Source: Eledone cirrhosa
Lineage: Eukaryota
Reading direction: 5' to 3'
Assembly (NCBI GenBank): GCA_964016885.1
Contig: OZ024743.1
Span: 13,950,001 to 14,014,000 of the forward strand
DNA: 64,000 nucleotides
Part shown: piece after piece, positions 27,411 to 40,110 of the stretch
How the letters are laid out: each line of letters starts with the position of its first letter
How positions within the stretch are numbered: the first letter of the stretch is position 1
The notes under the pieces: model-generated
What the model saw: the letters and a program-made list of their open reading frames with translations, nothing else
What the model was told of the DNA's origin: nothing
Database searches by the model: none
Made by a program: the position numbers and the translations under genes

Positions 27411-30400
27411 ATGACCTCACTCAGAATAGGCAGCATAAATGCGCGTGGCTTGGGGTCGTCATGGAAGCAGGGTCACCTGCTCAACGACCTCAGGTCACTA
27501 AACATAGATGTAGTGGCCATCAGCGAGACCAGAATCTCCGAAGCACGGGCCTTCACACCGATCTTCGGCGGCTACGATGTGTACGCATCTCCCAGCCGTC
27601 CGGGATCAGGAGGAGTAGCTGAGCTTTTTCGGAGAGGTTTGGATCTCGCCATACGGGCCATCTTCCTGGACACAGAGGGTAAGTTGGTGGTGCTGGACGT
27701 GACCAGCGGAGACGGGCAAGCTTTCAGGCTAGTGGCCGTCTATGCCCCGACAGGAGCAGGGCGGCCTGATTTCTTCCGGCGTCTGGAGACCTTTCTTGGA
27801 ACGTCCCGCTCTTTAGTGTTAGTGAGCGACTGGAACGGGATCTTAGATGCACGCTGGGACTGTGTGAGATCAGCGGATAATGGAGGAGGGTGCAAGAGTC
27901 CCACCAACCTGCTCAGGCGTTTTGAACTGTCTGGCAGGTACCGATTGGCTTTCCCGAATGTGCCAATGGGGACTTGGACAAACCCATCGAGTCATCCAGA
28001 TCATATCTAGATAGAGTATTTTGTAGGGAAATAGATAGCTGTAGCATAGTCTGTCTACAATTCAATATAGTCAGCTACACAGACCACAAATTCGTGATCT
28101 GTGTGGTTGACTTAGATAGGCTTCATAGACAAGGACCCGGCTACTGGAAGCTAAACGCTTCCTTACCAGCGCGAAAGGCCTACGGAGACCGGATTAGCGA
28201 ACTAGTTAAGCGGGCGTTGACGGTAGCCATCGTCAACAACAAGAGGTTGTTTGCTCTGAAAAGAGCGATTACAATAGAGTCCATTACATTTAGTAAGGCT
28301 TTAGCAATAGAGAAAAATAGAGCAGAGGGCGAATTAGTTAGAAAATTAGACGAGGCGCTTAGTAAAGGCATCGCGACCGACGTACTTGCGGCGAAATTGG
28401 CCCTTGACCAATTCTTCAATGTAAAGCACTAAGGCTGCGTTGTCAGAGCTACGGTGCGTCCTCTTAGACATGAGTGAACGAAAGCCGTTCAATGGGCCCG
28501 GTTGGCGGAGGCGCGTCGTGGCAACAAAGCAACGATCTGGTCTTTGGTGGGCCACGACGGGCGTATGCTACTCGATCCCGGGCAAATGTGTGAAGCTTTT
28601 CAGCGACACTTCGCTCAGTTGTTCGGGGGCCGCGGCCGGCCGGATCGAGGGATGGACTTTAGTGTCTACCTCGACGGACTGCCGCGGCTCTCGGCCACTG
28701 AGGCGGAGTGTTGCAAAAAGCCGATAACAGCCGCTTAAGTACGGGATGCAATGACTAGTTGCACAAGAGGTAAATCTCCTGGTTTGGATGGTCTGCCCTA
28801 TGAACTTTAGGTACAGATGCCAGACTTGTTCAGAGGCATCTTGGCGGACGTCTACTGGAACTGGCAACAGAACGAGAGAATTCCCAGCTCTGTGAGCCGA
28901 GGAGCGGTGGCGCTGCTGAGAAAAGATCCGAACAAGGGGGATAACATAGATCATTTCAGGCCCATAATTCTGCTAAACACAGAGTACAAGATTTTGGCCA
29001 AGGTGCTAGCAAAGAGGTTGGAGCTTGTCGTTGGTGGTCTTGTGGGAGAGGCGCAGACATGCGCAATTCCCGACAGATCCATCCACGACGACCTCCATCT
29101 CATGTGATACATCGTGGAGAGGGTAGCTAGGGAACCTGCACGGATGGGTCCTTGATCAATTTAGATCAGTCGAAAACTTTCGATTGGTTCGATCATCCTT
29201 ATCTGGCGGCAGTCCTGGGGGCGGCTGGCTTTGGGCCCGTCTTCCTAGCTTGGATCGCTGCCATGCACAGCGACATCTGCTCTTTGGTGAGAGTGAACGG
29301 TCACCTTTTGGAACCGTTTAACATCATGCGCTCGGTACGCCAAGGATGTCCCCTCTCGTCCCTCTTGTACGTATTGACTCTCGAGGCATTACTGCACAAA
29401 CTGGAGATGTTGGAAGATCCGCGTCACCATATGCGGACGATGTCACCGTAGTGGTGTCGAACGCCAAACACATCGAGGCGACCGGGACTACACTAAGAGA
29501 ATACGAAGCGGTGACATAGCAATGATCAACGAGAAAAAGTCAGTGGGCCTGCAGCTCGGCACCTGGAGAGGCTGGTCCATGCCGTCTAACAGCGCCGTCG
29601 GACGCTGGACGGACGGACCGGTTAAATTGCAATGGTCTGGTTCGGTCCGGACCTCCAGACGGACGAAAAGTGGGATGAGGTGACGAGGAGGGTGGCTTCT
29701 CTCAACCGGAAATGGGCGGAGAGGAAGCTATCCCCGAAAGGTCGAGTGGTGGTGGCTAACACGTACATCGCGCCCGTCATCTACTACCGCCTGACCGTCG
29801 TGCCTTGTCCTAAGCCTCGCCTGTCTGCGCTGGGACGTTTGCTCATTCGCTTTTTGTGCAAGGGACGAGCTCCGATGGTCAGGCGGTCCATCTGCTGTCA
29901 ACACCGGCTACGTGGATGGCTGGGCATGCCGTGGCTGATGATGCGCAGACACGGGCTCAGACTACGTCATCTCCACCTCTTCCACGACGGTGATCAGGTG
30001 TTGTTGCCGTTTGCTAGACGCGTGTTTCCCCAACTCTTCTCCTTGACGGAGCTGCAGCCCTGGGTCAAGCGAAGACAGAGTTGGAGCGCTTGGTGACTGG
30101 AATGTCATCAGGCGCTCACAGCCCTCGACCAATCGGGCAATGTGATCGGTGGAAACTCCACCTTGGGTTTCTATAGAGGATTAGTGGAGGGGAAGAGCGA
30201 CGACGTACTTGGGGAAACTCTAGGCATCGACGAAAATCAACTAGCCAATCTCTTCGGAAGAACTTTCGGGCCGGGGCCTATGGACAACTTCCAGAAATCT
30301 CTGGCCTGGCAGTGCTACCGACGAGTCTTGCCAGTTCGGGATAAACTCTACAGGCATGGAGGTGCCGTCTGCCGGCCATGTCCGAGATGCGCGCAGGGCG

Positions 30401-30794
30401 ACGAAACCGTCCTGCACGCACTGGTCCAGTGTCCGAAAATTGCTGACTTGTGGTTTATATCGAACACCTCCTGTCGCGTGTAGGGCGGATCCGGCTAACT
30501 TCTGAGACCATCGTGAGGATTGCTCCGCCCTCTTCCTTTAGCCAGGAAGGGCAAGCAGTTTTTATCTGTCTGGTGGCCATGGCGAAAGAGATAGTATGGT
30601 GGACACGTTTGAAAGGGCTGAAGACGAGCACTTACCTCTTCGGTGATGCCCGGATTGACTTTTTCAAATTTCATTTGAAAAGGAAAATCAGAGTAGATAG
30701 GGAAGTGCTCTCTTCCAAGCATTTTGTTGAAAGATGGGTGAGAGAGGCAAGAATGGCCCGAGTGAATGGGCCTACTCTGAGTATGTGTCTGTAA
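27411..30794 (+). pseudogene. Tx1 ORF2 (AP endonuclease-reverse transcriptase), disrupted
   Basis: GSINARGL, ISET, VYAP, YLDR, DH, WKLN, KSPGLDG, FRPI.LLN, RQGCPLS, YADD, CPRC..ETVLHAL..C. Confidence 0.92.
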
Positions 30795-31060
30795 ATTAAA
30801 GGTGGAAAACAGGGAGAGGGCACTTGCCCTGGTGGTCAGGGTCACTGTGGCTTTTTAATGGGCTTTCTCCACGAATGTCGCTCGGAAGTCTGCCAACCCC
30901 CCCCCCCCCCCCCTATTGGGGAATTTTTTCATTGTTCTATTATAACATCCTCTGTTTCTTGTTTTTTTTACACGCAGAAATGCCCATTTGTACCGCCCTG
31001 TATTTTCCTGTACTGTCCTTAATGTCTACTTTATGTAAACCCTTGTGGTTAATAAAGAAA

Positions 31061-31098
<38 letters not shown>

Positions 31099-33985
31099 GT
31101 TCTTTGAGTCTCAGTCATTGATGTTAGTTAACTGGAAAGTTTGTTGAAATGAATATCAAGCCACTACCTGCAGCCTCAGATATTCAGGACGTATCGGTGG
31201 ATTCTTGCTGTTCCCAGCAAGCATGCCTTTTGAAGCGTTCCAAAAAGCGTGAAGGGGCCAATTTTCTTTAACCATCCCTGGAAAATTTTGAGATAGTACC
31301 TATTGCGCCTATGACAATCGGGACCACTTTGACTTCATAGCAGTTCCAAATCCTTTTTACCTCCCACTTTAAGTCCTGGTATCGGTTAATTTTCTCCCTC
31401 TTCTTCTCCTGCACTCTCGTGTCGAATGGGCAGGCCACATCCAGAATCAGGCACGATCTTTTTTCTTTGTCCAAAACCACCAGATAGTCAGTAGCTTCCT
31501 AGACTTCCTATCCATTTCTTTTTGTTCAGCAACATTCCATCTCAGAATTCACGCACTGTACCTAATAATAGACACAGCTCGGAAATTTACTGCACTTATG
31601 GCATTCCTACTGTTCAGATGTGACTTTAATACACTCCTTACTCTCCGAATCTATTCAGTTCTTATCAATTCCTTCATTTTTTTGTTCTTGATGTCATCAG
31701 CCTCCAGAACACCCAAATACTTGTATCCTTCTTCAGAGTCAATTTCCTTTATCATCTCACCTGTTGGTACCTGGATTCCGTTACTTCTGCTCAACATACC
31801 CCTCTTCATCACAATGACTCCACACTTACTAATACCAAATTGCATACATATATCATTGCTGAAAATACGGACAGTGCCAACAAGCACATCCAACTCCTTC
31901 TCACTCTTCCCGAAGAGCTTAAGATCGTCCATGAAGAAGAGGTGATTGATTGTAAGCCCTCCCTTTCCCAACCTGTATCCTGCTCTCACTTTTCGCAGTA
32001 CACTGGTCAGGGGCATCAGGGCAAGGACAACCAGCAGAGGGGACAGACTATCTCCCTGGAAGATACCCCTCTTGATCTTCACGCTTCCCAAGGATTCTCC
32101 AGTTGATGTTAACTCTGTTTCCCAGGACTTTATACTTTTGCCCCACAACTGTCTGATGTTATCTGCCACCTTGAAGATCTCCAGGCTTTTGGTGATCCAA
32201 GAATGAGGCACCATGTCAAATGCCGTTTTGTAGTCTATCCATCCCATGGCAAGACCAGTGTGTCTCCTCTTGCAATTCCTCATTACGATCTTATCAATAA
32301 GTAACTGGTCCTTTGTACCACGTGACTTCTTTCGGCATCCTTTCTGTTCGTCCGGTAACAAGTTGTTTGTGTGGAGGTGATGGTAGATTTCCTCAGACAT
32401 AATGCTTGTCAACAGTTTCCACATTACGGACAGACATATGATAGGTCTATAGTTGGTAACATCATAACCCTTGATTCGGTCTTTCATTATCAGAACTGTG
32501 GTACTTTTTGTCAACCACTGGTACCTACCTGACATCAAGCAGTCATTGAACATGGTTGTCAGTTTCGGGTGGAGGGATGTTATATTTTTAATCCAAATAC
32601 CCCTGCACGCCATCTGGGCCTGGTGATTTCCAGTTGGTTAGTTTTTTGGCCTGCCCCTTAAGAGTTTCAACTGTGATACTCAAATCAGTTTGTTGGTGTG
32701 CCTGTTCACTAATCTCCTTCTGTACTGTCTCAATCCACACTGCCTGGTCAAATATGCTTAACATCCTGCTCCCATATTCCTCTCCAGAATGTTTTAGTTT
32801 GTTCCGCCTCAGGGATCAAGTCGTTGCCTCTTTCTTTCTCTTCAAGCTGTCCAAACAGCATCTTCTGGTTGTTGTCGAACATGCGGTTCTGTCTATACTG
32901 ACTGACTCCGTTCTCGTATCGCCTGATTTTTGCACTCGTTGCTTCAGTTACTTTATGATAATTTTTAGCTTTTTCCTCCTAGTTTTGTACTTTATTTCCA
33001 GTCTATTTTTAGTGTCTATGTTTTTTATTGTCCCATTCAGTAGGGACTCAAGCTTTCCAATGTCATTTCTCATTTCCCTGATTTAACCACTCAATCGTTT
33101 CTTCCACCAAGGCTCTGCGCTTTCTTGTTTGTTGTTTCCTCTCTCTTTTATACCAAGTAGTTTCCTCACCGTATTTGCTGTTGCTTTGAGGATAGTGTTG
33201 CACTGTTGAAGGCCCCTCGCCTCAAGGTATGGGATGACTTTGTTTACCTTAGCTGTTGTTTCTTTTAACTTTTTCCTGTCTACAAATCTTAGGTTCATAG
33301 GTCTCCCACTATCATTGTTCAATTCATCTACCACTAAGTTTAGGATATCAACCAAATCTTGTCCTAGCCCGTCAGCATTCATCTCCTCAGTGGCCGTATC
33401 TCTGTTCCAGGTATTATTTATCTCAGCAATTAAGATCATTGTCTGCTTCGGATGCTTCCTCCGGTCTCTCAACCTCTTCATCTTCATTTCCACTGGCTCG
33501 TTTGCCTGGCATACTCCACTCTCCATCTCCAAGCTAATTTCTCTGCTCAGTTCCTCCAGTTCCAGCTCGCTTATCCACCCATTAGTTCTTATTACCCGAG
33601 CCTGCCCGGCCAATTTTTATTCATCTAATTTAAATAGACCAATCTCGTTCCAGATGTTATGCATCAGTTTCCTATAGCCGTTCTCCTTGGGATTACTCTT
33701 CAGGTAACATATCGTCACATTTCTATTTAATTCTTTCGTCCAGTTGGTTCTGGTCCCTTTCCTTCTTCTTCTTCCTCCGACACCAGCAGTATTTGGTTGA
33801 CAGCCAGGTCCCTGCCGCGTGAGCCAGGGTGTACCTGTTGGGTGAGAGTCTGTCACATGTCATTCTAGTCTCCATTTCACCGTTATTCGAACTGTTTTGG
33901 TTCGACATTTAAACACCCTTATCGAGGATTGGCGAATGTATGGTTACATAACCACCGGTGATTTCATCACCTTCGGTGATTTTGT
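31099..33985 (-). mobile_element. R4/Dong-clade RLE non-LTR retrotransposon, near full length with an internal deletion
   Basis: N-terminal WTKELN..GYRK..LAGQARVI, RT GIFQGDSLSPLL and FMDDLKLF, RLE ILDVACPFD..EK..RYQDL; 3' end abuts (TAA)n. Confidence 0.92.
31651..32613 (-). CDS. Uninterrupted reverse transcriptase domain of the R4/Dong element (fragment of a disrupted ORF)
   Basis: NYRPI, EQKG, WIDYKTAFD, QGDSLSP, FMDD, YKYLG. Confidence 0.9.
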   Translation of the reverse strand: MACRGIWIKNITSLHPKLTTMFNDCLMSGRYQWLTKSTTVLIMKDRIKGYDVTNYRPIICLSVMWKLLTSIMSEEIYHHLHTNNLLPDEQKGCRKKSRGTKDQLLIDKIVMRNCKRRHTGLAMGWIDYKTAFDMVPHSWITKSLEIFKVADNIRQLWGKSIKSWETELTSTGESLGSVKIKRGIFQGDSLSPLLVVLALMPLTSVLRKVRAGYRLGKGGLTINHLFFMDDLKLFGKSEKELDVLVGTVRIFSNDICMQFGISKCGVIVMKRGMLSRSNGIQVPTGEMIKEIDSEEGYKYLGVLEADDIKNKKMKELIRTE

Positions 33986-33989
33986 CACT

Positions 33990-34975
33990 CCACGTGATTT
34001 TTGTGTGGCATTATCACGCTGTAGACGAACATAAATAAACAAACAAACAAACAGGCAACCCCCCCCCCCAAAAAAAAATGAATAAGCATAAGTTTCATTG
34101 TAACGTAATGTTTAAATGTCTGACTTAGTTTTTCCCTTCCCTTCTCTGTCCGTTTGTTTGTTTTTCTCTTCATTTTTCTTTCCTTTACGTTTTTCGTTGT
34201 TGCTGTGCTGCTTTGATTTTGATTTTTGTTTTTTTGATTTTGACCGGGTCATCAATTCAGTCTATTTATATATTTTGATGCCTTCCTCTTTTAGTGGGGG
34301 CACTACGATGTAGCAGGGGGTAGCGGGAGAGAATAGCGGCGGTAGTGATAATGAGGCAGTGGTGGTGGTGGTGGTGGCCGTGCTGTGCTAGCAGCAACTA
34401 GCAGGAGGTAGTGGGAGAGAGTAGCGGCGGTAGCGATAATGAGGCAGTGGTGGTGGTGATGTGATCGTAGTACTGTAGTGATGGTGTTGAAGTTGGAGTA
34501 GAAATAGCGGTTGAGTCGACTTGACCAGAGTTTTCATCGTGGTAGTGGTGGTGATGTTGGTGGTGAAATTATCTTTAGTTATTTAGTCATTTTGTCATTT
34601 TTCTCCTTTTCGACTCTAACATTCCTGATCCAAAATTAAATATTAATCTTGTTTATTAATATTGTCTAGTGATACAGCCACCTTCCCATTTCGTAAGTTA
34701 ACAGAAGGTAATGGGGGGATAGCGGTGGCAGCAATGAAGGAGTGGTGGCGGCGGTGATGGGATAGTGGTAGTAATGATGGATGGGTGGCGGCGGCGGTGG
34801 GTGTAGTTATGGCGTTGTCGTTACTGAGTTTTGTTGAATAGACTGTATTTTTGTTTGATCGGTGAATCTATGGGGTTAGTCGCGTATATGTGTTGACATA
34901 TTTTTCTTAATATTGGAATTAAACATTTTGTTAAAACTTGAGACAATAATAATAGTAATTATTATTATTATGCTG
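33990..34975 (-). mobile_element. Possible diverged Tx1-like 5'/ORF1 relic with GGT-rich repeats
   Basis: Minus strand is ACC/AAC-rich with a Lys-rich end like the Tx1 ORF1 here; ~80-bp local duplication at 34320/34408. Confidence 0.35.
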
Positions 34976-34999
34976 AGATTGGTGGTGGTGGTGGTGGTG

Positions 35000-35740
35000 A
35001 AATTGCCGTTATCTGTCTGTTGCATTTAATTTCTAAGTGCCCATCCTGGCTATTTTCGGCGGGTTCAATAGGGCTTCTCATTTCTACAAACCTATTTGTG
35101 ATTAGGTCAGATGGAGGTCTTTCAGTAAAGACTTGCGACTGGTTACTATCTCCAGGAGATTCTTCATGATTCTTTCATGATTTATATTTATGTCATTCTC
35201 CACAGCCTGCTTGATCGTAGTTAGTTCAGTGTCTGTGAGTCTATTATTTCTGAAGATATACCTCCTTACATTTGCCAACTTATTTCCATCCATATCACGT
35301 CTGCTAGCTTGATTCCGAGTTTTCCAAATTTTGTAGGAGATAAAGTGTCTTGTGATGGCTTACCTAATGCATAGTAATATGCATATATTACTTCTTTATA
35401 CTTTCCTCGGGTCCATTTCATCCTTTTAGGTTTTTCTTTTTTGAGGTGGTTTGGGTGGTGGATCTGGAAGGCTCGAGTTGGGGCAATCCCCGATCAAGTG
35501 ACCATCCAAGTCCATAATTGGAGAGGAGTTTGTGCCAGAGGAGGACTTTTCGATCTCAGGTTGGCACCTTCCTGGGGGACGCGCTTCCTGATTAACCATA
35601 GGAAAAGCGATTTGGTATTGTGTATTAATTTTTATTTGTTCATCACGCAGTACATGCTTGCGTTACGCATGGTATTGGACGTACATGGAAAGTTGCCCGG
35701 CTCTTTGGGTAGTGCATTTGCTGGCTGGCACTGAGATCAT
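35000..35740 (-). pseudogene. 5' part of a second R4-like element
   Basis: MKWTR..YAYYYAL..DGNKLANVRRYIFRNNRLTDTEL parallels the R4/Dong N-terminus. Confidence 0.55.
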
Positions 35741-35759
35741 TATTACGATTATAACACGG

Positions 35760-36062
35760 ACTGAGTTCAAATCCCGCCGAGGTTAACGTTGCCTTTCATC
35801 CTTACAGGTTCGATAAAAGAAAGTACCAGTAATGCACTGGGTATTTGCTGGCCTTTTGCCAAAAGTAGAAACAATTATTACTATTATAACAGTGTCGGAG
35901 GCCATGCTTTGAGTTACGGCTCTTGCCATTCTAGGTTCAAATCTCGCCGAGGTTAACTTTGCCTTTCATCCTTACGGAGTCGATAAAAGAAAGTACCAGT
36001 AATGCACTGAATAATTGATGGCCTTGTGCCAAAAGTAGAAACAATTATTACTATTATAACAG
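35760..36062 (+). mobile_element. Two tandem truncated SINE copies
   Basis: B-box, core and tail twice (35760-35892, 35893-36062), sharing the tail ATTATTACTATTATAACAGT. Confidence 0.85.
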
Positions 36063-36784
36063 TATAGTTATGGTCATTGCTGTTTTTTTATTGAAGAATA
36101 TTGTTATGGTTGCAGCTGTAAGAGGTGTACGAGAATTTTGTCAAATGTTCTTGCGGTGTGAGTGGTGTTGGTGGTGGTGGCAGGGAGATTAATGCTGGGG
36201 GTGGGGATGCTATGAGTGGTAGTGTGTAGGGTGACATTGTAGTTTACAGGAGTTGCTTCTCCGATGTTATTTTCTGTCTATTTTGACTTTGAGGTGTAAA
36301 TGGGGTGCTAGTATTCTTGTTCATCCCCTTTGTTTTGTCCTTTATGTGGGTTCCAGACACATACATAAATATATATTCACATGTGCATACTTATACACAA
36401 GTATGTATATACACCCATATATATATACCCACACATTAGACACTGAGTAGTGAGGTAGGTAGCAGTCAGTGACAGTAGTCTAAAAATAGATTCGGGATTT
36501 ACTGGTGTGAATGTGTGAGGAAGTGGTTGTGAATATGGTGGTGGGAGAGAGATGTGATCTTTCAACTGTCCATTTTCCTTTCAAAATCTGAAATTTAGCC
36601 ACAATCGACCAAAATGTAAAAGACGAAAATTGTATTGGGGAAATATTTAAAAATATATATGCACCTTTCACATCTTCAGCCACAGAGATGATTGTATAAT
36701 AACTAGTCGGATTTTTGATTAAACAGAACCTATCCCCCAAAATAAACAGTGTGTTTTCCGATCTATGGCTGTTTCTTTTCTTCA

Positions 36785-36970
36785 AATAATTGTTTCTACT
36801 ATTGGCACAAGGCCAGAAATCACACAGTACATTACTGGTACTTCATTTTATCGACCCCGTAAGGATGAAAGGCAAAGTTATCCTCGGCGGGATTTGAACT
36901 CAGAATGACAAGGGCCGTAACTCTATGCGTCAAAGCATGGTGTCTGACCCTCTACCGATACTGCCAATTC
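36785..36970 (-). mobile_element. tRNA-derived SINE
   Basis: Same family. Confidence 0.85.
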
Positions 36971-37599
36971 AAATAATATGTACTCAGCAATTGTATTGGG
37001 TAAATATCTAAAAATATTTATGCAGTTCTCACAACTAGTTTCAGATTATTTGTAGAGATAAGTGGGGAAATGATTTGTCTAATTTTCGTGTTACGGAATA
37101 GCAGATTAAACAAAACTTACGTGTATCGTCCGATCTACGACTGTTTCTCTTTTTTCTTTAAGTTCAAAGAGGGAACGTGTGTATATCTGCATGTTTGTTT
37201 TGTGTACATTTTTCGTTGTGTTTATAATACAAGTATGTGTAATATAATCAATAGAGTTTGTTACTTACATATATCGTTTTTCTTTTTGTTTTGATTTAAA
37301 ATTCTGAGTAGTTGTGCGGCTGATATTCAGTTTCTTTATTTACACATGTGATCCGTTATTTTAATGAAGAAAATTATATTATAAGGACGATCCGTGTACA
37401 AAATATAGTTTTTGTAGGTTCCTTTGGTATTCGTCCATTATGTTTCCACTTCGTTTTCTTAGTGTTTTTTATTATTGTTTTGTCGATGGTGTTCGATTTA
37501 TTTCAATTCTTGTGGGGAGCTTCGTTATGGGCGTCTATGATGGTGCGCTGCCCCCCCCCCCAGTACATTTGCTAAAAGGTGGATTATTATTATTATTAC

Positions 37600-37653
<54 letters not shown>

Positions 37654-38117
37654 CACATATATATTCAATGATCATAAATAATTTTACATCGCCTTGCTTT
37701 AGAAATCGATAATATGCATTTGATTTCGCACACTTTAATGGTATATCCAATATTGTATTGTCTTGAGACAATACAAAATGCTGAAACTTTCATAAATATT
37801 AAGTGTTTTATGTGTTAATGTTGTGAAGATCAAAGACCTAATGAGCAATATATAAGTGGTTTTGTAATAGACAACATTATCTGAAATATTAATGATATTT
37901 TAATAATACGATCTCGTTTGTGAGACAAAACCGGAACATTTTCTTCTGACATGGCCCTGTCAGTGAAGTACAGAATGTAGCGTAGTTTTCATATTAGTAA
38001 TAAGAAAATAACTTTGTTGATATAGCATATTATATACGACATCGTAGGAAAACTTAACATACTTAAGAAAATAAACCACCGAAGACTATTGCTGAGAGTG
38101 AATCTTTTCATGAAAAC

Positions 38118-38308
38118 AATAATTGTTTCTACTTTAGGCACAAGGCCAGCAATTACCCAGTGCATTACTGGTACTTTATTTTATCGACCCCGTAAGGATG
38201 AAAGGCAAAGTCAACCTCGGCGGGATTTGAACTCAGATCGTAAAGGGACGTAACTATGCTGGAAAGCATGGTGTCTGACCCTCTACCGATACTGCCAATC
38301 CACCGCCC
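38118..38308 (-). mobile_element. Full-length SINE with ~20-bp target-site duplication
   Basis: CTTTTCATGAAAACAATAAT at 38104-38123 and 38308-38327. Confidence 0.9.
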
Positions 38309-39129
38309 TTTTCATGAAAACAATAATGTTTAGTTAATACTAGAGTGGACATCTAAGAAGTTAATAATATTAAATCCTGATGAAAAACTTTCAATTCAAA
38401 GTTAATGATACTATTTTTTTATGAACGAGCCTAAGCCATCTCCGGATATGCTCTGGGAACATACGACCTCGGCAGTGAAGAGCAGTTGTGGAAGAATTGT
38501 TGAATGTCCTAAAACATTTTCGAAGTTTAATATAGACATGTAAATATATGTTGACTTTATAGAAAGACAAAACGTGTGTTACTTCTTCAGAGAGGAATGC
38601 TATATTTTTGCACCCACACTCTATAATAATTGTTTCTACTTTGTTTTCTATTTATAATGTATATCTATCTACATTATCTTATATAACTACTTCGGCAATT
38701 ATAATGAAATAATTATTTTGCTGTGGAAGTCTGATAATAGAAACACGTATCCGACATCATTAGTTGTATTTCCTTATATAAATACTTTTAATGTCATTTA
38801 CTCAATATTGAACGCTAAATAAATTAAAGTTAGCTTAACTCATCAATCCCAGTGGTGTGGTGTACCCAATTATTAAATCTCATTAATATATGCACTCCTG
38901 CACAAAAGCAAATACGCACTCACACACGCACACGCGCACAAACACATATACAGATACACACACACACACACACACGTATATATATATATGTACAGAGAAA
39001 AAAGGTGGGGAGAAAACAGGAAAGAGAGAGTGAGAGAGAACGAGATAGTGGTAGGGGAATTTATTTTCTGATCGTTGCAGTTTATCTTCCTAATAACACC
39101 GAACACTCGATATACTTGCATTTCGACAT

Positions 39130-40110
39130 CTGCAACTAAATATCGAAAAGTGTGTTTCCAGTTTGTATCGTTCGATATTTGACTTAGAGAATTTTCTGAC
39201 GGTATGCATTATTTAAAAAAAACTTACTTTCACATTGGCCATAGTGTTTCTATCTTATGTCACTTATCTTCAATTCTTTTCATCCGCGTTCTCCCATTTT
39301 CTTAACCAGAGGAAATTATTTCTGTCCTGATTAGCTCAGAGATTGTAGTAGGTTTTGTCTTTCAGGCCATCATACCAACATTCATTTTTTATGCGTTCTG
39401 TCACCACTTCTGTATTTTATTCCAGACAATTTCTTTCTGTCATGTGGTCATGTGTTCAGCTTATTTGTCTACGCTATTCTATTTTTGTCTCTTTTCTGTT
39501 AAATGTCTCAATGTAATTTAACGATAACACATATTAGACGAATTATTCGTCTATGGACACCGAGCAGGCATGATGCCTGGTTTCGTCTCCTTTCTCCTGC
39601 CTGATTCCTAACAGCCGTTGTAATAATGTTCCCAGTGGTTCTGGAATATTCTGAGCCTAGTACTTTCCAAACCTAAAATACCGAAGGCTCGAAGTTTCTG
39701 TGATATCTGAGAAACAGTTGTATTTTACACGTGGAACAAATCGCAGAGTATCGGTAATTGTTTTCATTCTGTAAATCACTGTTTGATTTACATAAACTTC
39801 GGACAATTGATAGTATTTCATCAAAATCTGTTAAATTAGCCACTCATTCTTATTCTCTCTTACCATCCAGAATATTCACTCGAATTCTCTATCCATTTGT
39901 ACGCAGAACTCTCTTGTTCCACCCTTTTTATTGAAAGATAATACATGATTCACTTTTTCAGGTGATAAGGCTAAATGTCATTTGCTTTGGCCAAGTATTC
40001 TTGTATTTCGTTCTGTCATGTATGTTATTCATGACGGTTTCCTTGCTTCACGCTTTAGCTTATTTGTTTATTGTAACCCATTTCCTGTCTCTTTCCTGCT
40101 AATTGCCTCG
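39130..40110 (-). pseudogene. Possible heavily decayed RTE-like LINE
   Basis: Only faint RT-like remnants; local duplication near 39435 and 40010. Confidence 0.3.

Larger units (their letters stand above)
25303..31062 (+). mobile_element. Full-length defective Tx1-like (L1 group) LINE in (TTA)n
   Basis: ORF1 with Zn knuckle; ORF2 with APE, RT and CxxC..HxxxxC; AATAAA..GAAATC 3' end; (TTA)n on both sides. Confidence 0.92.

Noticed and set aside
37440-37560. MGVYDGA resembling a Naiad RT motif
   Set aside because: No flanking RT similarity; T-rich low-complexity context
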